NCBI GenBank assembly: GCA_050251875.1
Contig: JBFWMA010000001.1
Coordinates: 186,456 to 250,455, forward strand
DNA: 64,000 bases
Origin: Deferribacterales bacterium
GTDB taxonomy: Bacteria; Chrysiogenota; Deferribacteres; Deferribacterales; Geovibrionaceae
Reading direction: 5' to 3'
Part shown: positions 39,160 to 49,975 of the stretch, piece by piece
Layout of the letters: each line of letters starts with the position of its first letter
How positions within the stretch are numbered: position 1 is the first letter of the stretch
The notes under the pieces: model-generated
Told to the model about the DNA's origin: nothing
The model's database searches: none
The model's input: the letters and a program-made list of their open reading frames with translations, nothing else
Position numbers and translations under genes: made by a program

Positions 39160-40016
39160 AGCTTGGGTATCAGTATGAAGCTGGCGAGCCAGCCCGCTAT
39201 GATCAGCTGAAGAAACCTGTCTGTGTATACCAGCATGGTGGGGCTGCCGCTTCTGTTCTCCACAAATGTGATCTGCATATATCTGAGTATGCCTGTTATC
39301 ACGAAGAATGACGACAGATAAAGATGTCTGGTGCCGAAACGGCTGACCGTTTCAGGGGCGACAGTATACATGATGTATGAAACGACTGTGACCGCCGCCA
39401 TGAAAACCATGGAGGCGTTTATCATCTCGGCATTGTATCCGTCGATGTTTTTGCGTGTTTGTTTGCCCTCAAGAGCCAGAAGCACGTCGTCACGCCTCTT
39501 TGCCAGCGCCAGAAAGAGAGCGAGCTGGAATGTGACCATGATGATCCATGTGGAGGTGGGAATGCGCATGGCGAATGATCCGGCGAATATGCGGAGTACG
39601 AAGCCGAAAGCGATAACGGAAATATCCAGCACGGAAACATGTTTCAGCTTGTAAGTGTATAAGATATTCATAACGATATACATTATGATGACGATGCACA
39701 GCCACAGAGCGATGAAATATGAGAGGATAACGGCAACAGCCGCCAGAACAGCCATCAGAATGAGCGCCGTTGGTTTGGAGACAGCTCCAGAAGCCAGAGG
39801 TCTGTTGCGTTTGACGGGATGTTCCCTGTCCTCTTCTATGTCGTGCCAGTCATTCAGTATGTATATGGAGCTGGCGGCCATGCAGAAGAGCCCGAAAGCG
39901 GCAAAAGACCGCATGACGCCGTCAGCCGTGAAATGCTGGGCGAAGAACATAGGCGCCAGTACAAAAATATTCTTAATCCATTGATGCGGGCGCATCAGAA
40001 CTATAATGTTACGCAT
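39156..40016 (-). CDS. UbiA-family polyprenyl-phosphate phosphoribosyltransferase
   Basis: MRPHQWIKN, YILNDWHDIEEDREHPVKRNRPLASG, LFLALAKRR. Confidence 0.9.
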   Translation of the reverse strand: MRNIIVLMRPHQWIKNIFVLAPMFFAQHFTADGVMRSFAAFGLFCMAASSIYILNDWHDIEEDREHPVKRNRPLASGAVSKPTALILMAVLAAVAVILSYFIALWLCIVIIMYIVMNILYTYKLKHVSVLDISVIAFGFVLRIFAGSFAMRIPTSTWIIMVTFQLALFLALAKRRDDVLLALEGKQTRKNIDGYNAEMINASMVFMAAVTVVSYIMYTVAPETVSRFGTRHLYLSSFFVITGILRYMQITFVENRSGSPTMLVYTDRFLQLIIAGWLASFILIPKL

Positions 40017-40048
40017 CAGTCAAATTACCACATAATTGGATTTTATAA

Positions 40049-40109
40049 AAGTCTATTTTCGGAAGAAGATATCAGGTGTTACAGTGGTTATTACACTGAT
40101 TACTATGGA
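40049..40109 (-). pseudogene. Degenerate duplicate of the 3' end of the 41799-42023 gene
   Basis: 51/61 nt identical to 41795-41855 (first 22 identical); translates SIVISVITTVTPDIFFRK* vs SIVISVIITVILNIFFRK*. Confidence 0.85.
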
Positions 40110-40123
40110 GTTATAATTACGAA

Positions 40124-41719
40124 TTACTGCTGATTTTCTTCTGCATAAATAGTGAAATGCTCAGATTTGTATATAGGAACAGTCATTTTGCCTTTTGGGA
40201 AACTATATAGTGATATGAGCAATCCGTCACGTTTTTCTGTTTCATGTAAGTAATCTGAATGGATATCGCTGAATCGGGCTGATTCCCTGATGTGTATCCA
40301 TGGTCCTATGGAATAAAGAGAGCTACCTGCCTCTTCCGCGATATTTGTTATCATATTTCTTCTGTCATCCCATGTTCCATCTACATAAATTGGCTTGTTG
40401 ATCAAGGATTTTATTTTGAGCCAGCGTACCATATCGATATATTCATGTCTGTCTGCTTTGGCGTCTTTAACAAAGCGGCGTTTTTCCATCATAAAATAGT
40501 TTTTGTTTTCAGCAAGCTGAAACAGCATGGCTACGCATAAAACAAAAAGCGCAGTTCTTCTGTTATTAAAAGATGATGAGACGGCTGAAACTGCGGCGGC
40601 CGACATGATATAGCCCGTTACCCAGAATAGTCTGCCCGAAGCTCTGAAAGGAGATAGTGCTTTTTCCAGCAATATCGGTAAATGGACTTCGAAAAGTTTG
40701 ATACTTCCAATATACCATACTGTCGAAATGCTGATAACTGTGATTATTAAAATATAAGCTAAAATATATTTATCAAAATAGCTTATGAACATTGCTCTGG
40801 TATCTTTTTTCAGCAGACATAATAGCAAGAGCAGGAACAACCCCATTCCGAAATATTGAAATCCCTCATACTGCCCGTCTGTACCGTGGGGGATTCTGCC
40901 AAGGAAACGAGATGTTCCCATCGCGTCAAACGGGGATAAAATGTTCATTGAGTAAAAACCAAGCCCGCCTGTACTTCCTTTAAAACCGCTGAAATACCCC
41001 ACGCAGAACATGAATATTATCAGTGACGTCGCCGACATAATCAGGTAAGAGATGTTGCGTATGATTTTAGCTTTGTCGATAAAGCTGTCTTTAAGAAGGA
41101 TGAAGAAAGTAATACCAGCTAGTATTGGAACAAAATAGAAATGGATGAGTGAAGCAAGCAGCGTCAGCAAGGTTATCCATAAAACTTTTTTATTTGTTGG
41201 CATGTTAATAAAGAAAAAGGTAATGCCGCTAATTATAAGAAAGTGCGCCATTAAATTGAGATGCCCTATTCTGGCGAGGAAAGGAGGGTAGAGTCCTATG
41301 ATGAAAATGCCTATTATACGATATATACCTGATACTTTCATTGTTTTAAGCAGCCATCCGGCTGACAGAAATTGCAGAATAAAACAAGCGTACAGCCATA
41401 GTCCATAAATTTGTGCTTTTGCCGGTAAAACAGGCGACAAGGCTTTTAATATGAATCCCAGCAGGAGATTGCCGTCTGAAAAAATTATGTTGGCTCCCAC
41501 AGGCGAGTCGGCATTATAAATATCGCCCAGCGGGAAACCTATGTGAGAGAAGCGGTACATTACTATAGACGCATAGTTTTGATAATAATCACCGACATAT
41601 AGCCAGTCGGTATATGTCGGGTTGAGTATTTTTAAGCCAAATAAAAAATAAAATAAAACAGTTGAAAAGAGCAATACTAGAAAAATTTCTTTAGTGTCAG
41701 AACTTAGAGCAGTTTTCAT
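40124..41719 (-). CDS. Polytopic membrane protein, GT-C-like glycosyltransferase candidate (DUF6311-like)
   Basis: ~12 TM; GD in the first loop, FSDG, GH.NL.AHF, YEGFQYFG, FRASGRLFW; AT-rich; start placed at ATG 41719 after AGAGG. Confidence 0.7.
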   Translation of the reverse strand: MKTALSSDTKEIFLVLLFSTVLFYFLFGLKILNPTYTDWLYVGDYYQNYASIVMYRFSHIGFPLGDIYNADSPVGANIIFSDGNLLLGFILKALSPVLPAKAQIYGLWLYACFILQFLSAGWLLKTMKVSGIYRIIGIFIIGLYPPFLARIGHLNLMAHFLIISGITFFFINMPTNKKVLWITLLTLLASLIHFYFVPILAGITFFILLKDSFIDKAKIIRNISYLIMSATSLIIFMFCVGYFSGFKGSTGGLGFYSMNILSPFDAMGTSRFLGRIPHGTDGQYEGFQYFGMGLFLLLLLCLLKKDTRAMFISYFDKYILAYILIITVISISTVWYIGSIKLFEVHLPILLEKALSPFRASGRLFWVTGYIMSAAAVSAVSSSFNNRRTALFVLCVAMLFQLAENKNYFMMEKRRFVKDAKADRHEYIDMVRWLKIKSLINKPIYVDGTWDDRRNMITNIAEEAGSSLYSIGPWIHIRESARFSDIHSDYLHETEKRDGLLISLYSFPKGKMTVPIYKSEHFTIYAEENQQ

Positions 41720-41798
41720 TTTGCCTCTTCGGATTTGGCTGGTCAGATTGGTATCCATATACATGGAAAGTTAGCATAAAAATACCAGCATTAGAAGT

Positions 41799-42023
41799 CT
41801 ATTTTCGGAAGAAGATGTTTAGTATCACAGTGATTATTACGCTGATGACTATAGATGTGACGATGGGAAAGTGAAATGAGAAATTTTCCCTTTTTATATT
41901 GATATCCCCGGGCAGTCTGCCCAGAGTTATGTTCAGCCCGGATTTGGAGATGATCAGCATGGCTGTTCCGGCAAGGGTTATGACTATGCCTAATGTTATC
42001 AATAATTTTGCTGTTTCCTGCAT
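41799..42023 (-). CDS. DUF2905-like small membrane protein
   Basis: LGRLPGDI...FHFPIVTSIVISV. Confidence 0.85.
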   Translation of the reverse strand: MQETAKLLITLGIVITLAGTAMLIISKSGLNITLGRLPGDINIKRENFSFHFPIVTSIVISVIITVILNIFFRK

Positions 42024-42092
42024 TATCTGCCTCTGTATTGCCTCTTCAGAATATTCAATTGACTGCGCTTCAAGTTTATTTTATTTTGAATT

Positions 42093-43535
42093 ATGAAATA
42101 TTTTCGCACAAATTCAAGATTTTTGCTTCTGCTTTTTGTTTTTGTTCTGATATCAGTTGCAACGGCGGAAACAAAAAGACCAAATATTGACGAAGGGTGG
42201 TTTCTGAGCCCAGTGGTTAATCTGGTTAAACACGGGTATATGGGAACCAGCGTCATAGAGGAGGCGGGCACTCCTTATTTCGGGATAAACTCACGAACAT
42301 ACTGGATGCCTCCGGCCAGCTTTATATTCGGGTCGCTATGGGCGTCCGTGGCTGGTTTTTCTTTTTTTGCAATGAGGCTGACGTCTTTGTTCTGGGCGCT
42401 GATTGCTCTTTTCTCCATTTATTCTGTATCGGAAACGCTGAGCGGAGATAAAAAAACGGCTCTCCTGTCATCCGGTTTTATGGCGTGTAATTACGTCTTT
42501 ATACAGTCATCTGCTGATATCCGCATGGATATGATGTGCATGGCGCTGATGCTGGCGGCTCTCGCTGTTTATCTTCGTTTCAGGGACAGGACATTTTTTG
42601 CTTCCGTTTTGGCGGCGGAATCACTGGTTCTTTTGTCCGGGTTGACACATCCTCACGGGCTGATATCATTCATTGTGCTTCATATTTTTATCTTAGGTCT
42701 TGATACCAAAAAGATAAGTATCCGGTTATTCATGGCGGTGACAGGCATATACCTTGCGGGCGGTCTTCTGTGGCTTGCGTATATTCTGCCCGGATACGAT
42801 ATTTTTAGGGCGCAGTTTTTCGCCAATGTCACCGGGAGATACAGTGGCACAGGGCTTTTTTCTCTCGTTATCACCGAGCTTCAGCAGAGATATTTCGAGA
42901 TGTTCGGGCTGAAGGCTGGCAGCGGTCTTGCGGCTAAGATAAAAATATACGCTTTTGTGTGCTATATCTTCTTTTTCATCGCTTTTCCTTTTACGTCATC
43001 TTTCAGAAAGCAAAAAGAGATGAAACTAATTTACCTCGCTCTGCTGGCTGTGCTTTGTTTTCTCACTTTCCAGCCTAACAAGGCGCAGTTTTATCTTGTC
43101 ACTCCTCTGCCTTTCATCGCCATAGCCGGAGCGGTGGTTTGCATGGAGCTTGCCGGGAGAGGCAGCAGGTTTCTTCTGATATCCGCCGTTGGGCTTTTTA
43201 TGGCTGTTCAGCTTTTGTCTTCTTTTAATGTATTAGTAAAGAATGAATTCAGAAAAAGTTTTCTTCCGGTGGCTGATCTGGTGAGAACATTATCACCGGA
43301 AAAAGTAGCCGCCAGTTCGGAGTTCGACTTTGCAACGGATTTTGACGGAAGGGTAAAAGACGATCCTTCGCTCGGTTTCTTCAGCGGCAGAGTGCCGGAT
43401 ATGGTTATAATAGACAAGAGATATAAAGACCTGATGGAAAATGACACCGGCAACATCAGAGAATATAAACAAAAACTGATAAGCGGTATGAGACAAACGT
43501 TCAGCAATAATCTTTATACCATATATGTCAAATAA
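42093..43535 (+). CDS. ArnT/PMT-like GT-C membrane glycosyltransferase
   Basis: DE motif in the first loop (NIDEGWF), MPP, R.DM, ~12 TM. Confidence 0.8.
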   Translation: MKYFRTNSRFLLLLFVFVLISVATAETKRPNIDEGWFLSPVVNLVKHGYMGTSVIEEAGTPYFGINSRTYWMPPASFIFGSLWASVAGFSFFAMRLTSLFWALIALFSIYSVSETLSGDKKTALLSSGFMACNYVFIQSSADIRMDMMCMALMLAALAVYLRFRDRTFFASVLAAESLVLLSGLTHPHGLISFIVLHIFILGLDTKKISIRLFMAVTGIYLAGGLLWLAYILPGYDIFRAQFFANVTGRYSGTGLFSLVITELQQRYFEMFGLKAGSGLAAKIKIYAFVCYIFFFIAFPFTSSFRKQKEMKLIYLALLAVLCFLTFQPNKAQFYLVTPLPFIAIAGAVVCMELAGRGSRFLLISAVGLFMAVQLLSSFNVLVKNEFRKSFLPVADLVRTLSPEKVAASSEFDFATDFDGRVKDDPSLGFFSGRVPDMVIIDKRYKDLMENDTGNIREYKQKLISGMRQTFSNNLYTIYVK

Positions 43536-43570
43536 AGAGCGGTGTTAAAAAAACGGAGCGGACAGACACA

Positions 43571-44689
43571 GTGAAAAAAGTTCTATTTGTGTTCGGAACC
43601 AGACCGGAAGCTATCAAAATGGCTCCTGTAATAAAAAAATTTTATGAAAACAACGGTATAGTTGAAACAAAAATATGCGTTACAGCCCAGCACAGAGAGA
43701 TGCTGGACAATGTGCTGGGTGTTTTCGACATAAAGCCTGATTATGATCTTGATATCATGAAAGAGAATCAGGATCTTTTCGACATAACAGCCGCCATAAT
43801 CACCGGAATGAAACAGGTTCTGAGCGAGTGCCGTCCGGATCTTGTTTTTGTCCACGGCGATACATCAACAACATTCTGCGCTTCGCTGGCGGCTTATTAT
43901 TCGCAGATACCAGTGGCTCATATAGAAGCCGGGCTGAGAACAGGCGACATCTATTCTCCCTTCCCGGAAGAGGTGAACAGACTGCTGACCGGAAGGATCG
44001 CCTCCTGGCATTTTGCCCCTACGGAATCGGCACAGAAGAATCTTCTGAGAGAGGGCGTCTCGTCCGACAGGATATTCGTCACCGGAAACACAGTTATTGA
44101 CGCTCTGCTGAGAATATCCGCCGAACCGGAGACGGACTCTTGCCCGATAGAAGGTTATGAAATAACCGACAGAAAGATTATACTGGTTACAGGACACCGG
44201 AGGGAGAGCTTCGGCGAAGGGTTTGAAAACATATGTTTAGCCATAAGGGAGCTATCCGGGAAGTATCCTGACACTGATATTGTATATCCTGTACATCTTA
44301 ACCCGAATGTTCAGCGTCCTGTGAACAGTATGCTGTCGGGAGTTAAAAATATACATCTTATAAAACCCCTGGACTATCGCCCGTTCATCAGACTGATGAA
44401 AGCCAGTCATATTATTCTGACGGATAGCGGGGGGATACAGGAGGAGGCGCCCAGTCTGAATAAGCCTGTGGTGGTTATGAGAGATGTGACAGAAAGGCAC
44501 GAGGCAGTGGCGGCGGGAACTGCTGTTCTGGCTGGAAGCGGCAGAGAGAGGATCGTCCGCTCTGTTTCTGAGCTGATGGAAAACCATGACAGATATAAAT
44601 CTGTCGCCAGCTCCGCAAACCCGTACGGCAGTGGAAACGCCTCGGATATGATTTTTGATGTTGTGAAAAGAATAGTTTCGAATATATGA
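43571..44689 (+). CDS. wecB: UDP-GlcNAc 2-epimerase (non-hydrolysing)
   Basis: [35 protein letters not shown]. Confidence 0.96.
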   Translation: MKKVLFVFGTRPEAIKMAPVIKKFYENNGIVETKICVTAQHREMLDNVLGVFDIKPDYDLDIMKENQDLFDITAAIITGMKQVLSECRPDLVFVHGDTSTTFCASLAAYYSQIPVAHIEAGLRTGDIYSPFPEEVNRLLTGRIASWHFAPTESAQKNLLREGVSSDRIFVTGNTVIDALLRISAEPETDSCPIEGYEITDRKIILVTGHRRESFGEGFENICLAIRELSGKYPDTDIVYPVHLNPNVQRPVNSMLSGVKNIHLIKPLDYRPFIRLMKASHIILTDSGGIQEEAPSLNKPVVVMRDVTERHEAVAAGTAVLAGSGRERIVRSVSELMENHDRYKSVASSANPYGSGNASDMIFDVVKRIVSNI

Positions 44690-44712
44690 AAGTAATGTAT
44701 TCAGGAGATAAT

Positions 44713-46062
44713 ATGGCAGACTGTTTTAAAGCGTATGATGTCAGGGGCAGAGTGCCCGAGGAACTGAACGAGGATATCGCGTTCAGAATAGGTAGCGCAT
44801 ACGCTGATGTGATAAAACCGAAAAAAGTTGTTGTCGGCAGAGATATCCGTCATACCAGCGGTTCTTTGGCGGCCGCTCTTTCAGAGGGGCTCATGTCCCG
44901 TGGAGTGGATGTTTTCGATATTGGTCTCTGCGGTACGGAAGAGATATATTTTTCGACATTTCATTTCGGAATGGACGGCGGGATAATGGTTACCGCCAGC
45001 CATAATCCGATAGAATACAACGGGATGAAATTCGTGCGTAAAGGTTCTGTTCCCATATCGGGAGATACTGGGCTGAACGATATAAAAGAGTTGGTGTATT
45101 CGGAAAATATGCCCGTCAGCAACAGCGAAAGAGGCACTTATAATCTGCTGAGTCATAGAGACGAGTATATTAAGCACCTTCTTGGATATATAGACGCGGA
45201 CTCTCTGAAAGGTATGACGCTGGCGGTAAATGCCGGAAACGGCTGTGCCGGAGTTGTCATCGACGAACTGGAGAAGCATCTCCCATGCAGGTTTATCAAA
45301 GTGCACAATGAACCGGACGGTTCGTTTCCCAACGGCATACCGAACCCTCTGCTTCCTGAAAACAGGAAAGATACCGCCGCCGCCGTCATAAAGTATAAAG
45401 CCGATATGGGTATCGCTTGGGACGGGGATTTTGACAGGTGTTTTCTGTTTGACGAAAAGGGAGAGTTTATAGAGGGCTACTACATAGTGGCCATGCTGGC
45501 GGAAGAGATGCTGAAAAAAAATCCGGGCTCGTCAGTCATATATGATCCAAGACTATACTGGAACACTGTTGAGGTAATAAAAAAAGCCGGCGGAGTGCCT
45601 GTCATGAGCAAGACCGGTCACGCGTTTATAAAAGAGCGCATGAGAAAAGAGGACGCAGTCTACGGCGGAGAGATGAGCGCCCACCACTATTTCAAAAACT
45701 TTGCCTATTGCGACAGTGGGATGATCCCTTGGCTTCTGGTCGCTTCGCTCATCAGTTCAAAAGGCGTGAACCTGTTCGAGCTTGTAAAACATTATGTTTT
45801 AGAGTATCCTGTAAGCGGAGAAATAAATAGCGAAGTCAGTGATCCTAAGTGTGTGATGGAGCAGGTTGCGGCTATATACGGTAAAGACGCGCTCAGTGTT
45901 GACCGCACTGACGGACTCGGCATGGAGTTTGACAACTGGAGATTCAACCTGCGCATGTCAAATACCGAACCTCTTATCAGATTGAATGTCGAAAGCAGAG
46001 GGGATGAACAACTGATGAAGACTAAAACCAGCGAACTTTTGTCACTAATAAGGAATCACTAG
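44713..46062 (+). CDS. manB: Phosphomannomutase
   Basis: [26 protein letters not shown]; start after AGGAG. Confidence 0.94.
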   Translation: MADCFKAYDVRGRVPEELNEDIAFRIGSAYADVIKPKKVVVGRDIRHTSGSLAAALSEGLMSRGVDVFDIGLCGTEEIYFSTFHFGMDGGIMVTASHNPIEYNGMKFVRKGSVPISGDTGLNDIKELVYSENMPVSNSERGTYNLLSHRDEYIKHLLGYIDADSLKGMTLAVNAGNGCAGVVIDELEKHLPCRFIKVHNEPDGSFPNGIPNPLLPENRKDTAAAVIKYKADMGIAWDGDFDRCFLFDEKGEFIEGYYIVAMLAEEMLKKNPGSSVIYDPRLYWNTVEVIKKAGGVPVMSKTGHAFIKERMRKEDAVYGGEMSAHHYFKNFAYCDSGMIPWLLVASLISSKGVNLFELVKHYVLEYPVSGEINSEVSDPKCVMEQVAAIYGKDALSVDRTDGLGMEFDNWRFNLRMSNTEPLIRLNVESRGDEQLMKTKTSELLSLIRNH

Positions 46063-46070
46063 AAGAAGGG

Positions 46071-47486
46071 ATGAGTATGATCAATATTCTTTTATGCGGC
46101 GGCAGTGGGACAAGGCTGTGGCCAATATCAAGAAAAAGTTACCCAAAACAGTTTTGCAGGTTATTAGGCGATAAATCGCTTTTTATGGATACTGTCGCCC
46201 GCAATAACAGCACATGCAATAAACAGATAATCATAACCAGCGCAGATAATTTTTTTATGGCTGTAAATCAGATAGAGGAAATGGAAGAGGATTGTGACGC
46301 ATTTGAGTATATTCTGGAGCCGAAGGGCAGAAACACAGCTCCTGCCGTGGCTCTAGGCTGTTTCTACGCAAAGCCTGACGATATAATTTTTGTAAGTCCT
46401 GCCGATCACATTATTACCAACACAGACGCATATATAACAGCGGCCAAACTGGCTGAAAAAGCGGCCGGTGAAGGTTTTTTGGTGACATTCGGAATAAAGC
46501 CGCTTTCTCCTGAAACAGGATATGGCTATATAGAGGCTGAGAGCAGCGGCAATGTTATAAGGAAGACAATCTCATTTAAAGAAAAACCTGATAAAAAAAC
46601 GGCTGAAGAATACATCGCCTCTGGAAATTATTTCTGGAATAGCGGGATGTTTTGTTTTAAGGTCGGTGTTTTCCTTGATGAACTGAAAAAATACTGCCCG
46701 GAGATTTACAAAAAGTCTTATGAGGCGTATAAAAACGCCATGACAGAAGACGGTGTGCATAATATAGATCTGGATGACATGATGTCTATTCCAAGTGACA
46801 GCATAGACTATGCCGTAATGGAGAAGAGTTCTCTGGTTAAGGTGATTCCGGTTGATCTCGGCTGGAATGATGTAGGCAGTTACGATGCGCTGGATAAAGA
46901 GTTTGCTAAAGACGATAACGGCAACTCAGGCATGGACAATAATATCTCTGTCGATTCGTCCAATATTACCGCTATTTCTGAAAAAGTGGTGGCTACGCTC
47001 GGTGTCAGCGATCTTTTTATCATAGATACAAAAGATGCCCTGCTGGTGGCTAAAAAGGGTACGACCCAAAAAATAAAAGACATAGTTCCTCTGCTGGAAA
47101 AAGCGGAGAAAAAAGACAAGAAATACACCGATCTAACCATCCTCCATACCACAGCGCATAGACCTTGGGGGTCATACACGGTTCTTGAGTCAGGCGACAG
47201 GTACAAAATGAAGCGTATCGTCGTCAAACCGGGTAAAAGACTCTCTCTGCAGAAGCATTATCACAGAAGCGAGCACTGGGTGGTAGTCAGCGGCTCTGCA
47301 GTCGTTACCAGAGGCGATGAAGAGATTTTTCTGAAAACAAACGAATCGATATATATCCCGATGGGAATAATTCACAGACTCGAGAATCAAGGTAAGATAG
47401 ATTTAGTCGTGCTTGAGATACAGGTTGGTGAATATCTTGCTGAAGACGACATAGTGCGTGTTCAGGATGATTTTAAACGAGGCTGA
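46071..47486 (+). CDS. manC: Mannose-1-P guanylyltransferase / mannose-6-P isomerase
   Basis: GGSGTRLWP, EP.GRNTAP, WNSGMF, RPWG, cupin HYHRSEHW. Confidence 0.95.
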   Translation: MSMINILLCGGSGTRLWPISRKSYPKQFCRLLGDKSLFMDTVARNNSTCNKQIIITSADNFFMAVNQIEEMEEDCDAFEYILEPKGRNTAPAVALGCFYAKPDDIIFVSPADHIITNTDAYITAAKLAEKAAGEGFLVTFGIKPLSPETGYGYIEAESSGNVIRKTISFKEKPDKKTAEEYIASGNYFWNSGMFCFKVGVFLDELKKYCPEIYKKSYEAYKNAMTEDGVHNIDLDDMMSIPSDSIDYAVMEKSSLVKVIPVDLGWNDVGSYDALDKEFAKDDNGNSGMDNNISVDSSNITAISEKVVATLGVSDLFIIDTKDALLVAKKGTTQKIKDIVPLLEKAEKKDKKYTDLTILHTTAHRPWGSYTVLESGDRYKMKRIVVKPGKRLSLQKHYHRSEHWVVVSGSAVVTRGDEEIFLKTNESIYIPMGIIHRLENQGKIDLVVLEIQVGEYLAEDDIVRVQDDFKRG

Positions 47487-47504
47487 TTTATTTATGGAGA
47501 GCCA

Positions 47505-48620
47505 ATGAGGATCCTGCATGTAGGGAAATATCAGTTTGAAAAAAGAGGCGGGATCGAGACGCTGACGTATCAATTATGCAGAAAGCTGATAGACCACGCT
47601 TATGACGTGCGTGTTTTGTGCTCTTCCGAGGGCAATAAGACGGCTGTCGAAACATATGACAATATACCGTGCGTCAGAGCGGCTACGTGGATTGTTGTAG
47701 GTTCTGCTCCCATATGCCCTTTTCAGTTCATCTATTTTCTGAAAAACAGAAAGAAATTTGACCTGCTGCATGTGCATCTTCCTAATCCTTTTGTCACTTT
47801 TTTTCTTCTTCTGGCGGGGACAGGGGCAAAAATAGTTGTCCACTGGCATGCAGACGTCATTAAGCAGAAATATCTTTTTAAACTGTACAGACCTTTTCTT
47901 AAAATGTTTCTAAAAAGGGTGGACAGAATAATAGCCACATCCCCCAATTATTTCGAGGCATCATCTGCTCTGCGGGAGTACAGGGATAAAGTCTCCGTGA
48001 TAACAATGGGGCTTGACGAACCGCAGAAGGCGTCCGCTGAACTTGTGGATAAATGGAAAGACAGATTCGGCAGAAAAAAAATAATACTCAGCATAGGCAG
48101 GCTTATATATTACAAAAGTTACGATGTCCTGATAAGAGCGGCTTCACACCTTTCAGACGACTACCATGTGGTGATAGTCGGCAAAGGGGAGGATAAGCAT
48201 TCGCTGGAAAATCTTGTCGAAAAACAGGCGAAAGGCAGGGTATCTCTGCTGTCTGATATAAACGATAACGATAAGAACGCTCTTTTGGAAGCCTGCGATA
48301 TATTTGTGCTCCCGTCCTCTTATAGAAGCGAGGCCTTCGGACTGGTGCAGGTGGAGGCTATGCAGTTTGCAAAACCTCTTGTCTGTTGTGATATTCAGGG
48401 CAGCGGCGTGAGTTATGTTAACAAGGACGGCGTATCAGGTCTGGTTACCCCGGTGGGCGACGACAAAAAAATGGCCGAAGCCATAGCCGCCATTTGCGGG
48501 AACGAAGATATATATCGTAAATTTTCGGAAGGCTCATACTCCAGATATATGGAGCTTTTCAGAGCCGATGCGATGGTGGAAAAGATAGAAGATCTCTACA
48601 AAGAAATCATGGAAAAATAG
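47505..48620 (+). CDS. GT4 glycosyltransferase
   Basis: GRLIYYK, EAFGLVQVEAM. Confidence 0.92.
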   Translation: MRILHVGKYQFEKRGGIETLTYQLCRKLIDHAYDVRVLCSSEGNKTAVETYDNIPCVRAATWIVVGSAPICPFQFIYFLKNRKKFDLLHVHLPNPFVTFFLLLAGTGAKIVVHWHADVIKQKYLFKLYRPFLKMFLKRVDRIIATSPNYFEASSALREYRDKVSVITMGLDEPQKASAELVDKWKDRFGRKKIILSIGRLIYYKSYDVLIRAASHLSDDYHVVIVGKGEDKHSLENLVEKQAKGRVSLLSDINDNDKNALLEACDIFVLPSSYRSEAFGLVQVEAMQFAKPLVCCDIQGSGVSYVNKDGVSGLVTPVGDDKKMAEAIAAICGNEDIYRKFSEGSYSRYMELFRADAMVEKIEDLYKEIMEK

Positions 48621-48622
48621 TA

Positions 48623-49975
48623 ATGTTATTTAAATTTTATAGAAAAGCAGTCAATGCGCTCCGCGGTATTGCCGGCCCCGGAATGCTTTATAAATACGCG
48701 GAGATGAGAGAGGGCAGGTCTATTCTGGACAAGCTGTTTCAGATGTATGCTCTCGGCGGTCTTTCATATGATGAGAGACAGACCCTGAACAGAGAACTGA
48801 TATACAGAACTCTTAGCAGTGCATCAGTGAACGTTCCATATTACAGAGACCTTTTCAAAAAAATCGGGTTTGTTCCTGAAAAGGTCAGAAGCGACATAGG
48901 CTTTTTAACGGACATTCCTCTCTTGACCAAAGACATAATTCTGGAACATGGCAGCAGGATGATTTCAGACCTGTGTCATGACAAAAAACAGTTCCACTGT
49001 AAGACGGGCGGTTCCACCGGAAAGACTGTCGTGGTGATATACGATCAGGACGCTGCGGACTGGTCTGCGGCAGCTACGCTTTACGGCAGGAGTCTCGCCG
49101 GTAAAAGCATATTTGACTCAGAACTGCACTTTTCCGCCAAGTTTGACGATATTCCCGGCTTTAAAGACAGGCTGAGAGAGAGCGTCAAAATTTTTTCCAT
49201 GAACAGGTTCAATTATTTTTTCGCCACTTATTCAAAAGAAGAGATGACCGCCATGTGGCGCTATATAGAGTCGAAGAGACCTAAGCTGGTTCATTCGCAT
49301 CCTTCCACCATGTATGCATTGGCTCTGGCCGTGCGTGACGGCGGATTTGATGTCCCTGCGTTCGAGATATTCGAATCCAGCGGAGAACTGCTGAATACAT
49401 CCAAGCGCAGAGCCATAGAACAGTATCTGCAATGCCGTGTGGTGGACAGATACGGTCTGGCGGAGCTGGGTGTTGTCGCATACGAAGACGGATACAAAGA
49501 CGAATGGCTCAGGGTATTCGACGGATTCGCTTGGGTGGAGTCTGTGAACAATGAGCTGGTGATGACATCCATGCGCAACGACTGTATGCCTATGATACGC
49601 TATAACTCGGGTGACAGCGGACTAATTGCCGAAGAGAACGGATACCGCTATATTACAGATATCGGCGGCCGCATACATGATACCGTGATGATGCGAGGCA
49701 GAAAGACCCCAACGCATTATATTCAGGATATAATCGACCACAGAGTCGGAGAGTGCGAGGAATTTCAGATAATAGAGAAGAAGGACGGCAGATATACACT
49801 GTGTATCGTGCCTAAGCCTGACGCTGATATAAACGGCATTACGGACAGACTGAAAAAATATTTTGCCGACGATTTAGAAATAAAATTTATCTCAACCTGC
49901 GAACTGACGCTTGTGGGAAGAAGAAATAAATTCAGGTACCTTGTCAGGGAGACAGATGATACAAATCAAATATGA
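48623..49975 (+). CDS. CapK / phenylacetate-CoA ligase-like adenylating enzyme
   Basis: VPYY, IPLLTK, TGGSTG, SGE, YGLAE, PMIRYNSGD, GRIHD. Confidence 0.85.
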   Translation: MLFKFYRKAVNALRGIAGPGMLYKYAEMREGRSILDKLFQMYALGGLSYDERQTLNRELIYRTLSSASVNVPYYRDLFKKIGFVPEKVRSDIGFLTDIPLLTKDIILEHGSRMISDLCHDKKQFHCKTGGSTGKTVVVIYDQDAADWSAAATLYGRSLAGKSIFDSELHFSAKFDDIPGFKDRLRESVKIFSMNRFNYFFATYSKEEMTAMWRYIESKRPKLVHSHPSTMYALALAVRDGGFDVPAFEIFESSGELLNTSKRRAIEQYLQCRVVDRYGLAELGVVAYEDGYKDEWLRVFDGFAWVESVNNELVMTSMRNDCMPMIRYNSGDSGLIAEENGYRYITDIGGRIHDTVMMRGRKTPTHYIQDIIDHRVGECEEFQIIEKKDGRYTLCIVPKPDADINGITDRLKKYFADDLEIKFISTCELTLVGRRNKFRYLVRETDDTNQI

